A stretch of 64,000 bases of DNA from Microbotryum violaceum. Taxonomy: Eukaryota. Positions 35,199 through 48,799 of this stretch are shown here, in pieces. The notes below the pieces were generated by a model that worked only from the letters and a program-made list of their open reading frames with translations, ran no database searches and was not told the origin of the DNA. Position 1 is the first letter of the stretch; every line of letters begins with the position of its first letter. A program made the translations under genes and the position numbers. Location: NCBI GenBank assembly GCA_001244265.2, contig CDLV01000007.1, forward strand, positions 1,302,001 to 1,366,000, given 5' to 3'.

Positions 35199-38100
35199 AT
35201 GCCACCCCGTCGCAAGCCCGCCGCCGGCAAATTGTCAGCCAAGTCGACCTCGACCGCGGCTGCGACGACCGAGCTCAACGATGACCCGCCCACGACCGTG
35301 CAGAATCGAGCTTTACCCAAGAGGGAGGCCGAGCTGTTTCGTCAGGTGTTGACGCTCTATGAGAACAAACAGTTCACCAAGGGTTTGGAGACCGTCGAGG
35401 CGATTCTGAAAGGTTTTCCTGAGCATGGAGGTGGGTGTCCGGGGGAAGACTGGCCGTGGCCGTGGCCGTGCGACGGACTTGGCTCGTTCCTCGGCCATCA
35501 CCGGGAGCTAACGAGCTTATGCACTGCCCATCTTTGCAGAATCACTGTCAATGAGGGGTCTGTTCCTGTCCTGCATCGATCGCAAGCCAGAAGGATACGC
35601 CGAGGTCGAGCGAGCGGTCGAAAACGACCCCGGATCACACATCGTATGGCACGTCTACGCCCTCATGCTCCGAGCCGACAAGAGGTTTGAACAAGCCCTC
35701 GACTGTTACCGTAAAGCTACGACGATCGAACCGGCAAGTCCAGAACCGCAGAGACGCCCGAGCTCGTCTCGCAGAGCTCCTTCGCTTACCTACGATCTCG
35801 GCCTGCAGGACTCGCTGAACCTGTTGACGGACATGGCCATGCTTTTGGTCCACCTTCGTCACTACCCCGAATACGCCCAAGCCCGACTGGCGATCCTGCG
35901 CACCCAACCTCGCTTACGCAAGAACTGGATCTACCTCGCCGTAGCCCAGCACCTCGCCTCGCAGCACGCCGAAGCCGATCGTACGCTGACCCATTTCGAA
36001 AACATGCTGCGAGAGGTCCCCGACGGCGAATTCGATCGTGGCGAGATTTTGCTCTACCATGCTCAGGTCTTGGAAGAGGCGGGCCAGTTTGAGAGGTGTC
36101 TCGAGTTCTTGCAGGAGAACTCGGGCAAGATCGTCGATCGCACGGCGTATTCCGTGCAGCGAGGTCAGTCCAAGTGAAACCGACGGATCAGAAGCAGGAC
36201 ACTGATACCCCCTTCTTCCCCAATAGCCCACCTTTTACTCAAACTTGGACGGAAAGAGCCAGCAGAATGGGCTTGGGACATCTTGCTCGAAGAGAACCCC
36301 GACAGCTACGAGTTCATCCGAGCAAGCGTGCTCGCAAGAGGGGCGGATTGTGGTATGCTGCACGAGATTTTCTACAAATGTAGATGGTTACTGACGTCTA
36401 GTCCGTCACCCTCAGATTCGAAAACGGATGAGGGACGAACAGCCGCGGTCAAAGTGCTTGACCTCTTGGCCGAAAAGCACCCTCGATCGTTGGCCATCCG
36501 GCGATTGGGACTAGATCTTGCTTCAGGTGAGATGTATCCATTATACCGAGGAATAGTGGCAGGCGCTGACAGAACTGAGATGTGCCCGTCACCACAGGAA
36601 AGGAATTCGAAACCCGAGCCTCTCGATACCTCACCGATGCGCTGTCCAAAGGCGTACCCTCCCTCTTCGCGGACATCAAATCGCTCTACCCCGACGCGAC
36701 CAAACGAGCCCAAATTGGCCAACTTGTTGAAGCCTACAAAACATCGCTCGAATCGTCTTCGACCTTTGGCCTCGCCTCCGATTCCGATGACCAAATCGAA
36801 TCGACCGCCGTCTACCTCTGGGCTTTATACTTCTTAGCCCAACACCATTCTCAAAACGGCGATCAAGAGAAAGCCCTTTCCGTTCTCGACGCCGCCGAAG
36901 CGCATACACCTTCCCTCCCGGAACTCTCCATGCTCCGCGCCCGAATCCTCAAACGTTCGGGCGACCCCCTCAAAGCGATGCAAGCGATGCGTTCGGCCCA
37001 ACAACTCGATCTCCAAGACCGATTCCTCAATTCCAAATTCTCCAAATACCTCATTCGTGCGGATTCTTTGACCGAGGCGGAAGAAATTGCGGGACTGTTT
37101 ACAAAGAAGGATGCGCCGAGCGCTATGAGTGATTTGGTCGATATGCAGTGTCTGTGGATCTTGCAAGAGGAGGCGGAGAGTTTCTTGAGGCAGGGGAAGG
37201 AGGCGATGGCGCTCAAGAGGTATCATCAGTTGTTTGATGTGAGTTTCATTTCATCGGCGTGGACTCTCCATAGAATTCAGCATGCTCATGGTCGTCACTT
37301 GCTTGCCGCCCAGATTTTCACCGAGATCGAAGAAGACCAATACGACTTTCATTCGTACTGCATTCGCAAATCAACGCTGCGAGCCTACATCAACATGCTG
37401 CGCTTCGTCGATTCGTTGAGGTCCCATCCTCGTTACGTCGCTGCGGCCAAGGGGGCGATTCAAGTGGGTCTCATTATTAGTCCTGCTTTTCACCTGCTCA
37501 TCGCTGATCGAGATCTACCCTTCGTTGTAGATCTACCTCCACCTCCATGATGACCCCTCGGCATTCCAACGACCCGCTTTGACGAACGGAGCCGCCGAAG
37601 CCGCCGCCGCCGCCGCCGAAGCCGAAAAACAACGGCAGAAAGCCGCCATTGCCGAAGCCGAAGCGGCCAAAGCGAAAGCTGAAAAGGAAGCAAAAGAAAA
37701 GGAGGAGCAAGAGAAAGTGGTCAAAGCCGCTGCTGTTACTGCATCCAAATCCAAAAAAGGAAAGGGGAAAAAAGACGATTCCTCTTCCACCACGACGAAG
37801 AAAGACGATGACAAAGACGACAAGGAAGATTCGACCAACAAGGCGGATGAGGATGAGGATCCGTTGGGGGAAAAGTTGCTGGAGAACAAGGAGCCTTTGC
37901 AAGCGGCGCTCAAGTTCCTGAAACCACTGGAGAAGGAGGCGGCGGGCTTGGTCGAGACCTGGGTTTTGAGTTATCAGGTGTCGATTCGAAGGGGTCAGTC
38001 TTTTTGCAGCCCGCTAACACCCCAGTCAGCAGACAAAGCTGACATTCCATTAGTCTCTTTCGCCAAACAGGCAAATACCTCCTCGCCCTCGCAGCCCTAC

Positions 38101-38722
38101 GAAGAGCCCTATCCCTCTCCCCTCTTTCACCTTCCATACTCCCCCTCCTCGCTTCCTTCCACAAACTCACCACCACCACGACCTACCAAACTACTCAAAC
38201 CCCCTTGGTCCAAAAAACCATCTCTGCAACCCTTCCTACCCTCTGGGGAGACGCAGGCTCGATCGAAGCGTTCCTCGATTCGGTTCTTCAACATGGGGCT
38301 GAGAAAGGAAGGGGTGAGAGGTTGTTGGCTGTTGCACAGGCGAAGATCAATTTGGCAGGGCCTGGGGCGAAGGAGGAAAGTGATAATTTGGTGATGCAGA
38401 TCTTGAAAGGGGAGGAAAGACCTAGTCTCGAGGTAAGCTCTTCTGTCAAAACCAAAAACACCCGTCTTTGTTTACGAAACACGCGCAAGAAATTGCTTGA
38501 CTGACCCCGTGCTATTCTACATAGATCACCACTCGAGGCCTCGCCTACTTGACCGAACAAAATTCGACTCAAGTGGACGCATATCGGACCCAAGCGCATG
38601 CCCTCTGGCCCCGCGCAAGGGCGTTCAAAACAGTTTCCAAGATCGAAGCTGAGGACCGGGAGGTGGAGGAGGAGAGGAATCGAAAGGAAGGGGAGAGGGA
38701 GAAAGAAGCGGTTATAGATTGA
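35199..38722 (+). CDS. NAT1: NatA N-terminal acetyltransferase auxiliary subunit (NAA15)
   Basis: LYENKQFTKGL, FPEHG, SHIVWHVYAL, LSKGVPSLFADIKSLY, HTPSLPEL, LDLQDRFLNSK, DMQCLW, EDQYDFHSYCIRK, DEDPLGEKL. Confidence 0.95.
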
Positions 38723-38936
38723 ATGTAGAGATCTCGGAAATTAAGGACGCAATATAATTCACCAAGAGCCGAACCGATTCGTGGGAAGGGAGGAACAAAA
38801 ATCTCTCATACGAACACCAAGCGGCGTTGAATGTCCTTGGAGCGTTCCAAATTGAAAACGAAAACAAAAGAGGGACCTGAAGCCCCAATCCACCATGAAA
38901 AGAAATCCAACATGCATACACGCTCCCCGTCGTCCC

Positions 38937-41593
38937 TCAAAAATCCCCCAACAGATCCTCAAATGCATCCTTCTTCTTCCCTGTTTCCTGACCACCCTCC
39001 TGATTCGCCTCCATCGGCAATTGAGGTAAAGGTGGACTATTCCCATACATTGCCTGTCCGCCAAACCCTCCTTTGCCCGTAGAGACGGCCAAGGAACTTT
39101 GCCCACCACTCACATTTCCTCCTTGACCAGAACCCGAACCAAGTTGGATCACACCTGATTGACTGGGTGTTGAAGCCCTGGGGATGGCGTTGGAGGTGGA
39201 GGGGCTGGCCCAGGAGATGGGGGAATTGCTTGTACCTGGTGGACTATTACCGGAACCGTTCGCATTTGAGGAAGCTTTATGTTGCTGTTGTTGATATGTC
39301 GGGTTACTGAAGAAAAATCCTCCTCCACCGCCGATCCCATTGTTGTTTGAAGTGGGCATCAAAGCTCTCGGCGAGTTGGTATTTGACGAAGACGAAGAAG
39401 GTGAATTGAAAAAGCTCATCGGGTCGACTTTGGGTTGTTGTCCACCCTGCTGAGATCCGAAAGGTTGAGCCGAGGTGGGGCCACTTGCGAAAGCGGACGA
39501 GGAATCGGCTCCGACGCCCAAGAAGAGACCGGACAATGCGGATAGATCGTCCATGGGGTTCGAAGAGGCCGGTGAAGAATTCGAGGCGCCAGCTCGGGGT
39601 TCGTCAAAGTCGAAATCGATCAACGACGTTTCGACCTTTTTGCTTGGTTTGCCGCCCGACGGTCCCAGTCTGCAGGAAACACGCGCACAAGCAGGGTGTC
39701 AGTATTGTCATAAATTGGCGTGGATTGTCGAGTTCAACTCACGCAGGATCTATCTCCGCCACTGCTGTCCGGTCTCCAGCTTTGAAGGCCTCGTATCGTT
39801 TCAGGATGTTGTTGATCAGATCGTTCATCATCAAGAGCCGATCTGAGACGAACAAATGACCGTATCAGTCATTCAAAGCCACATTTCTCGCCATGGGTCG
39901 AAGGCAACACACCTATTGCCCCCGGATCGTTCTCTACGCTCTCCTCGATCCACTTTTGAATCTTGGGTTGAACATGTCTACACTTTTGGGCGATTTGCTG
40001 TAAAGCGTATACATCTCTCAGCGCTTTGTGCCGATAGGTCTCTCCCAACTTGCTCAACAACTTACATCATAAGCATCGCCCTCGACGAAGCGTTCCTTCG
40101 GCTTGGCGTTATTGAGCATCTCGTTGAGCAGGAGGATGCGCTGCTGTATCCGGTCGAGCTCCTTCTGCACCTGTTGCTCGTAGTCCGGTCGTTTCTCCGG
40201 TTCCTAATCGATTGAAAGGATGATGTTGGATGAGCACTCTCCCCTTTTTCGTTTGAGATCTAGAATTCTGACGAAGCACTCACGGCTCCAGACATGATCT
40301 TCATCAACTCCTGCGCGGCGGCCAAGTCCTTGGGTGTACCTCGTCGAATCAACTCTTGCAGTTTCTAGAGTGGAAAAGTTGAGTGTTGTGCATGAGTTCT
40401 CCCTACCGAGTCAGGTTCTGTCAAATGTGGCCCCAACTCACGGCCGCTTGGGCAGCTCGATCCTCTTCCTCCAATTCGTCGGGCGTTTGCAGAGTCTGCC
40501 CCGAAACGGTAGGCCAAGTTCAGCACCCTCTCTGCGCTGTCTACACCGCTCCACGTGGAGCTCACCTCTGAAGGATTGAGCACCGAATGGGCTCGCTTAT
40601 CAAAATCCGGAAAGCGATATCCTGTGCAAAGGACCGTAACCCTCATCAGCTCCCGTTCCCGTTTCCTAAAACCTTACCCGACCTCCCCACCTGTCGGTGA
40701 CTGACCCTTATAGCTCAGTAGCCTATGCATATCCCTGATATGGACAAAATCCTCTTTATGCTTGCTGTGCACACAAAGCGTATTCTTCCACTCGTGCACC
40801 AACTGCAATATCTTGGCCATGGGGGGAGGGGCGAATACGGGGGGTCGTTCGGGGAAGCGCCGTACGAGCTCGTTGAGGAAGTCCTTGGTGCTGATTTGCA
40901 GGTGGAAGGGGTAACCGCAGTTTTTGACGAGAATGTCAAGGAGCTGTTGGAGAGAAGAGAGGTGGAAAAGGTGGTGGTCAGTGTGGTGCTTGAGAATTGT
41001 GGGTTGTGGGTTCGGTGGCCTGCAGCGGCGCGGCGTCTGGACTCGGGACGGCTGACTTGCATGAAGTGCGAGCATGGCGACATGCGCATTCCGATGGTTG
41101 GCCAACCGAACCAGCTCGACTGCGGCTTCCCTCGGTCTGCGAATCAGAGACCAACCTTAATGCGTCAGTACGCTTCTTCTCGCGGAGCACGTCACCTCTG
41201 TGCACTTTCTCGCTCGGGCTCGGCGGGCGTTGATTAACCCAGCGACAGCCCGGACTTACGTGTTGGCCTTCTTGTGGTTGATCAATTCCGCGATCTCGAG
41301 GTTGAGCGATAGGTTGGGTTCACGTAACAGCGGATCACACGCTCGATCTAGGTCCCCCCGCCGCATCCGACCGCGTCAATCAAGGGTCGAGCACCGTACC
41401 ACCGCCCAAAGAGGCCGAGCGTAATTGAGCAGAGTCGAGGCGAGGGGTGAGAGCGCGCATCTGCATCAGCTCAGCTCGGTGCACGTTCACCCCTCGACGA
41501 AACACAGGGTGTCGACTGACCAATGTAAGCGGCCAAGGTCTCCTTGGTGGTCGCATACGCCGACACGTTCCAGCTGCTGTGGTGCGACGACAT
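38937..41593 (-). CDS. GGA-like VHS/GAT adaptor protein with no GAE ear domain evident
   Basis: DRACDP..EPNLSLNLEIAELIN, LLDILVKNCGYPFHLQISTKDFLNELVRRFPERPP, HKEDFVHIRDMHRLLSYKG, RRGTPKDLAAAQELMKIMSG, LIDFD clathrin box. Confidence 0.85.
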
Positions 41594-41787
41594 TGACAGC
41601 TCAGGCTCTCGTTGGCCGGGCGACGATGAGGCGGCAGAGCGACAGAGAGAAAGAGAGAGAGCGGAAGTGCCAGCCAAGGTCTCGGCCCTCAGCTCTCTCG
41701 GAGTGACGCGTGGATCAAACTGACCGCTTCACATGAATGATACATCGGGCGAAAAATAATATTTGTATATTTTCGATCTACGTTGCA

Positions 41788-42987
41788 CTACTTGAGATGT
41801 TCACGCACACTACTACTCGATAAAAACTTGGCCATCTTGGGCTCGACGAACAAAGCTCTGAGAGCGGGCCATATGGAACATCAGCCACCCATCTCGAACA
41901 AACTCCCCACATTAAAACTCACTCGGCTTGTACCAATACCATTCCCTCCAAATCCTCGATCTGTCCTTTGACCCAAACCTTCCTTCCCTCCTGTCGCACA
42001 AACTCGGTCCGGATGACCACGAACTGGTCCGCGAACGTCGGCTTCTTGTACGACAACGACAGCGTCGCCGTCACGCCGATATTACTCGGTAACAACTGCA
42101 AAGCCTGCGAGATGACCCAACTATAGAGTTCAATTTCTGTTTCGACCGATTGGCCCGGAGAAGGGAGTCCTTCGCTGACTGACCGTCCAAGCCAAACTCT
42201 CATCCAAAACGGTCGCCAATAAACCCCCATGCACGACCCCTTCATGACCGCACAAACCCCTCCCCAAATGCATCAAAAACACCGCCTCTTTATTATCCTT
42301 GCTCGTGAACGCCAAAGGAGGGATCGCGAATTTGCTCGGACCCCTGAGCGTGAAACCCGAGAGTGAATGAGGTCCTGCATTCGCCGCCGCGTAAGGACGT
42401 GATTCGCGGTATTTAGGCGCGAGGGAGCTATCTCTCGGCGGAGCTCTATCCGCAATTCCAGTGGGGGACGTCTCGACGTGCGTAGGGAAAACGTCTTGCG
42501 CGATCAGGGGGTTCGCGTACCCTTGTGCGGCGGGCACTTGGGCTTCCCTTAATTGCTTGACGATGGGAAGCGCTTGAAGTTCTTTCTCTATTCGTTGGGT
42601 TTCTAAGCGGCCTTCTTCGGAATCGGCGGCGTGAGGGAGAGGTGTAGGGTTGGGGAAGATGAGGGACAGGAGACGAGGTCGAGGTAAGGTCAACGCGAGG
42701 GCGGAACCGAGCACGAGTCCCGTTGCTAGGCTGAGGAACGTCCGGGAGGAACTTGGTCTTCGGGGAGCGAACCTGGAGGATGTCGAGCTTGGTGAGGAAG
42801 TAGAAGTCGACGGAAACGGGTGGGAAGACGTGGCCAGCGATCGAGCTCGGAGTTTATGCGACGACGTCGACGTAGCCGAGAGCTGTGCTCGTGCTTCGGG
42901 GTCATTACCCGAGAAGAGCTGTGGCCGAAGAGCATGTGGCTTCACCATCGACGGTCCAAACAGAGTAGCATTTCGACGAGCCGACAT
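41788..42987 (-). CDS. HotDog-fold thioesterase (THEM4/Fmp10-like), probably mitochondrial
   Basis: HSLSGFTLRGPSKF, HLGRGLCGHEGVVHGGLLATVLDESL, GVTATLSLSYKKPT, GRKVWVKGQI, ALFVEPK. Confidence 0.88.
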
Positions 42988-43181
42988 GGTGAAAATGCGT
43001 CGGGAAAGGTCCGCGGGTTCGTCCGTTTTGGTGCGAAAGTAAGTGTCAAGAGCCAAGGAGCGATCCACTCGGCTCCGGTTCGAACCCAAATCCGAGAGGG
43101 GATAGATCGACAATTCCCGTGGTCCGCGTGATTAGCAATTTGTAAATTCAGATAGTAGACTGGCAACTTGGCAGACCGTAT

Positions 43182-44480
43182 CTAAGGAATAACCTTGTTC
43201 GAAAATTCTACAATATCCAATGTCTCTTGCTGACCCAAAGAATGCGCGAGACCTATCAAGTTGGCGTTTTTTTTTTCTCATCGCCTCTGCGCCCTCCTTC
43301 CCCAAAGTATGGAAGATCCACTTCCGTGAGACGTACGCAATAACCGCATCCTGATCCCCATGGGCCATGAGCATGGGAATATTGCGCCCTACATCCGTGG
43401 CGAGCGTGTTGATGTGATTCTCGTACGTCAACGCCAGGTATCCCGAAAGTGCCAAGGTCCCAGCTAGGGGCCGAGTGCTCGTCACCGTCGTCAAGATGGA
43501 CAGGACCGAGCCTTTATCAAGCGCATAATTCGTATTAGTCAGAGACGCGCTCTGCAGTGGATCAACTCTCCACTCCGTACGTACCCTGCGAGAATCCACC
43601 GACGAGGATCCGACCGGGGTCAATCCCATTCGCGACCTCGATCTCAATCAACTGCTTGATCGTCTCGACCGATTGCAGCATCCCTTGCGAGTCCTCGTCT
43701 TGCGGTGGTGCGTTGCGTGATTTGATCTCACCTACGTGATGCGTGCAGAGAAAGGATCAGGTTGGGAAGGGGAAAGGATTTTCGTCGAAAGGTCAGAGTC
43801 CTCCCAGTCTGTGGAGGTAGGACTAACCAAGATGGCATCGACTCGTCTCAAAGCTTGATGTATCTCCGTGGTCTAATGCCAGGAATACGTCATGTCTTAG
43901 CTTCGCACACAGATTAACGTCCTCCGTACGTGCTGAGCGCCACCAGTGTAGACTTGGGTGAGCCGAGTTCCCCGACGACTTGCGGACCTACGCATTAGTG
44001 AGAATCCACTTGAGATGCGGGAACTGGGGCCACAGATCTTTTGCAAAATCGAGCCATCCATCAGCCGTATCGCCTAGGCCACTGCAGTGAGCGAGAATAA
44101 GGATACGGTCCGAGTCAGCTCACGGCCTGAGAGCATACGCTGCAGTGCACTGACTGGCTGAAGATGAGGGTGGCGGTGTGCGTGTGCTTGTTCTGAGCTG
44201 TGACGACCAGCGGGGTCTTGCCCGTGAAGGGAGGAGGCGAGGTCATCGTGGGCGATGAAGTCGCAGGTGTGGTCCGAGTCGCAGTGGTGCCGGCGGAAGT
44301 GGGGGTCGTGCCCTGGATTGAAAGTGGAGGTGCCACTGAGGAGGGGAGGAAGTGGTAGTATGCCCAGCAGGAGATGACGCCTACGAGGACAGCACAGGCC
44401 GAACGAATTGCGGGAAGGGAAATCGTGTTGGGGAAGACAGGGTGAGATCTAGGCCGGAGGAGGTGCACGTAGGAATGCAT
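43182..44480 (-). pseudogene. Acyl-protein thioesterase 1 / lysophospholipase homologue with multiple disabling lesions
   Basis: HTATLIFSHGLGD, MPSW, RILVGGFSQG, LSGYL, AHGDQDAV, GLAHS all present, but with an in-frame TGA at 43848-43850, a frameshift at about 43730 and broken junctions at 43250-43340. Confidence 0.7.
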
Positions 44481-44687
44481 GCAACACGTGACAACCGCCG
44501 GTGTGCTCGCCCGTGCTCGGTGCGCTGGGTGTGGTGGGTGTGCTCGGTGAGCTTGGTGCGCTCGGACCTCTTTTCGGATTTGGGCGCGACGGAGAAGACG
44601 GAGCGGAGCCTCTTCGCACACGATCGATCGCGTTGGCTGGCTGCCCACCGGCCACCACTACCGCTTGCACCGATCAACTCACGAGCG

Positions 44688-46544
44688 ATGCAGGACGATC
44701 GACCGACGGCAGCAACGGCCAACGATCAGGAAGAGAACGAGGAGGACGTCTTGCCCGACTGGAGGCAGTTTGCCAAGTTTGCAACGTCAGTACACGGCCC
44801 AGCGCTGCCATCACGAGGAGGGACCCCGTGACCGGACCGCCGAGCAGCAGCAAGCTCAGCTCTCCGGATTAGTCTCGGCGCTATGCCCTGCGCTCTTCTT
44901 CACACGCGCTAACGTCTTCCTTCCCGTTCACGACCCAACAGTAAATTCACGACCCAAGACGACAGCCACGGCGCCCCAGTGCCCTTCATCCCCAAACGCG
45001 GTGAAAAGGACTTTGAGCCCTTGCCTCCCTTTTCCTCCCTCCCCGCCTCCAGCGACCTAGCCACGCTCTCCTCCCACCAGATTTCCCAACTGAACGAATC
45101 CCGTGCAGCGCTCTTCAGCGCGCTCTCCACTGGCTCACGACACCACAGTTCAAAGGCGTACAATTCGTTCACTTGGGATCCACAGTTGGCGCGAGCCGCG
45201 CTCGATGGCGATCACTCATTTGGTGTTCATCTGGGCTCGATGGGCAGGCATTCGAGTGAGAGAAAGAGGCTGGAATTGTTGCCCGAGGAGGCGTTGTACC
45301 TCGTCGAAAGAGGCGCGATCGAATTGTGGACAAAGCCGACGGGCACCCAAGACGACGAAAGAGGACCCCGAGTGCCGATGAGCGTGCAACACGCGTGGGC
45401 AGAGTTGATTGGCGCGGACGAATTGACCATTGAGAGGTATCAGGTGCGTCCACTATTTATACCGTTTACTGTATCACCAACTGATCACATTGGCAGTGTC
45501 TCCGCAGGTCTACGCGAACCTCCGACGACTAGGCTTCATCCTCAACCGAACCAGGGCACCCAAACCTCGCTCCACCTCCAAACCGACCCGAGCGCCCACA
45601 CCGCCAAGATCCTTCTCGCCTCGAACCGTCATTCAATGGATTGCATGGCCTCTGATCCGATTCCGCGAGCTCGTCGTCCACTTTGGTCGATGGTGTTTCC
45701 CGACACCTCTGGCCCCCCACCTTCGTTTGACGGTGACACGCGCGTTGAAGCCTATGCAAGGTCGGGTGAAGAGCTTGATCTCGGGCCATCGATGGACGAC
45801 CTATGGTCAGTCTACTATTCTCCCCTGTTCACACCTTCCCATAAGGCGGTTGCTGAGCCTCCCGATCGTCGCACAGAACAAATCTTCTCTCGCCTGCGCA
45901 TCGTTCCGACAGGGCACGACACCCCCCTACCTCGACGAGCCCTCCCCCGCCCTCCCTCCATACTCACACCGCTAGACCCCCTCCCCCCCACAGACCCTTC
46001 CCCCTCCCCCTTCTCTTCGTTCCCCCCCTTCTCAACCCACCCTTACCAACCCTTCTTCAACGTCTACAAGCCCATCACCAAATACCGCAAAACGGATCCC
46101 CCACCCCCCGACTTTCAACTCGTCGTTATCAACGCCGCCACCACCTCCATGCCAGATCTCTTTGAGTTGTTCGACATGTTCGAACAAGTTCCGCTCTCCA
46201 CCACGGAGGATCTACTGGGTCCGCCTCCCAAAGTCGTGCGACATAACCTAGCTCCTAAATCTACTCGACCTCCTCGAAAGACCTTCACTCCTCGAAGCGC
46301 AGATTCCACCTCCACAAAAAGTTGGCACTCCTACCTCCCCTGGTCCCCCAAACGGCGCGCCGCTTTCGAACCTTCGGCGGTCCAAAAGATGACCAAAAAG
46401 GGATCGAGCATCTATCCTCGTCTTAAAGTGGGGAGGAGGAGTATCTTGATCGCGGTGGTGGATAATGGGACGATTTCAATGATGAGGTTTAGTGAGAATG
46501 AGTTTGGGAAATTGCCTTGGATTGGACTAGGGAGAAAGGCTTGA
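44688..46544 (+). CDS. SEN54: tRNA-splicing endonuclease subunit Sen54
   Basis: DVLPDWRQF, IPKRGEKDFEP, LLPEEALYLVERG, PMSVQHAW, YQVYANLRRLGF, FNVYKP..YRKTDPPPPDF, LKVGRRSILIAVVDNGTISMMRF. Confidence 0.92.
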
Positions 46545-46687
46545 AGGGGTGGATGGTCAATATTTTTTGCAACGTCGAGTAATAACATTACATTACCAGC
46601 AAAAAATACCCAAGAACACCTGAAAATGGGTTGTGAAACAACACATAGTGAAGACTAAACTGGCCACAGAGCCATCCGGTCGTTCCT

Positions 46688-48062
46688 CTACTCCCCTCCC
46701 CTCCCCCCCCACCCTCTCTCCCCACCTCTCGACCTCTCCTCCCTCCTTCTCTTCTGCTCACCCCACCCACCACTCCCGCTCCCACTCTCACCACCACCAC
46801 TACTCCCCAAACCACTTCCCCCTCTCCCCTCCCGCCACCGTCCCCTCGCATCCCTCGTTTCCTCCCTATTAAACATCCCATACCCCTGCGCTCCAAACTC
46901 GCTCCTCGCAGGCGTCGAAGCGACCGATCCTGCATCGGATCCTTGTCGTTCCTTTTTCCGAGCAGCGATGACGGCTAAAGCTCGAGCGCGTTCAGAAGAG
47001 ACGCGACGGACAGCTTCGGTTCGTGGGTCGAGGGTGGGATGAGAGGAAGTGGAAGGGGAAGTGGAAGTGGAGGGGTCCGAGTGGGATATTGGGGAGGACG
47101 GGGCAGGTCGAGATCGAGGTATGGGATCACCTTTCCTTCTCTTGGGAGCAAGTAAGGAAGTGATGATGGGGGACAAGTCGCCTCGTTCTGTATCCGGTGT
47201 TGCAGGGGTTCGGAACCTCGTCGACGAGGATGATGAAGCGGCTTTGGAAGAATCGAGGACCTGATCCCTTCGTTTGAGGTAGGATTGCATCAACGCCAAA
47301 GGGTCCGTAAGGCGTTTGTTCTCCCCGTCCTTGTAGCTGATCACAACAATGAGGAAATTCAAAAATTAGTGCTTTGACTCCACCAGCATAATGGGACCTT
47401 CACCACCGAAACCACTCACGCCCTCTCCAGCCTCATCTCATCCGACAGTTTCCTCTCCTTCTCCGTCTGGCCATCCTCACTCGCGTACCATCCCTTCATA
47501 TCCCCCTCCCCCTTCTTGGCGAGGTACACCTTGGTCAGCTCGTCGACTTTTTGTTGTTCGACCGCTTTTTCGAGTTTGCGTTCGGCGTTCTCGAAGGAGT
47601 TCGGTTTGGCCTGATCGGGGAAAAGTTCACTTAAAAAGCGTCAGCGTTTTTTCGCCTCGTCGAATCCAACACCACCACGGTCCCCTGAACTCATCCAACC
47701 TTTGGACTTACCCCAGCTTCGAACTCTGCCCAAAGAGTGAGATGCCCCTTCCCATCCGCTCTATTCCCCTCTTCCTTCCCCTTCCCCTTCCCCTTCCCCT
47801 TCAACTGTTTCTCCAACCTCTTCTCCGCCTCGCCTCCCTCCTCACCCCTCCCCCTCTTCCTCCCCCCTCCTTTGCCCTCCATCTCCACCAACCCCATCCG
47901 TGCCCTCATCCTGCCCAACCTAGCCTCCGAATCGGCGACCGTTCCCCTTCGTTCGTTCTCCTCCCCTTCCGCTCGAGCGAGAGCTTCGTCCCGCGCGACC
48001 CGCGCGACGTTCTCCGCCTTGTAGACGTGGAACGATTTGTGGTGTAAGAGTTTGAGCGGCAT
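46688..48062 (-). CDS. Cir_N domain (LENG1-like) splicing-associated protein
   Basis: MPLKLLHHKSFHVYKAENVARVARDEA, GHLTLW, DPLALMQSYL, YGMFNREET. Confidence 0.8.
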
Positions 48063-48799
48063 GATGAGGTAGATGGGGAAGAGAGAGAGAGAGAGAGAGT
48101 CTACCGTCTTGTGTCTTCCGGGGGAGGAATGGGGTTTAGACGGTGTAGGTGGGTGGGTGGGTGAAGAGGGGGGATTTGTTCGTGGGCGTGGGGGGATTGA
48201 CAAGGAGGTGCGCCGAGAAGGGTTAGGCTGATGAGAGGGGATAGAGCGAGCCTTGGCGGTGATGTGATGATGATACTACCACTTGGTTGTAATGTCGCCG
48301 GGTCGGGTTGCAGACGGTCAGCCGTGTCGTTGACGACGCACAATCAAAGGCCACGGGATCAGAAGGAGAGAGGGAGAGAGCGGCGTCGGAGAGCAGACTA
48401 CATCCCCGAACTCCGAGCGACTCGGGCAATAATTCCCGGGACGCAAGCGAGTCATCAGCATCTCATCTGGGTAGATCTTCAATACGCCCATGAGTCACAT
48501 CTCGCGCCAAGAGATCAGAATGATTTCTTCAAATTAGCCTCTCAACACCAAAATGACTATTGATTTGGCTCCTCAATCACATCAACATTGCAGCTTTTGG
48601 GGGATGAAACGTCGAGCGAGAACACAAAGACCGAGAGAGAAAAAGTGACCGCAACGTTCGAACAAACCGAGGAAAGCCACCGGGAACAAGGGAGCAGGCC
48701 AGACGAAGCGAAGAGCCCCATGCCACCAACCATGACTTGCGCCGATTGTCGTAGTTCCAAAGTGTCGCAGACACGCACCACCCGTTCGATGGAGTGCGT

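Noticed and set aside
16285-38722. GID4 and NAT1 as an N-degron gene cluster
   Set aside because: They are 17 kb apart with unrelated genes in between; likely coincidence
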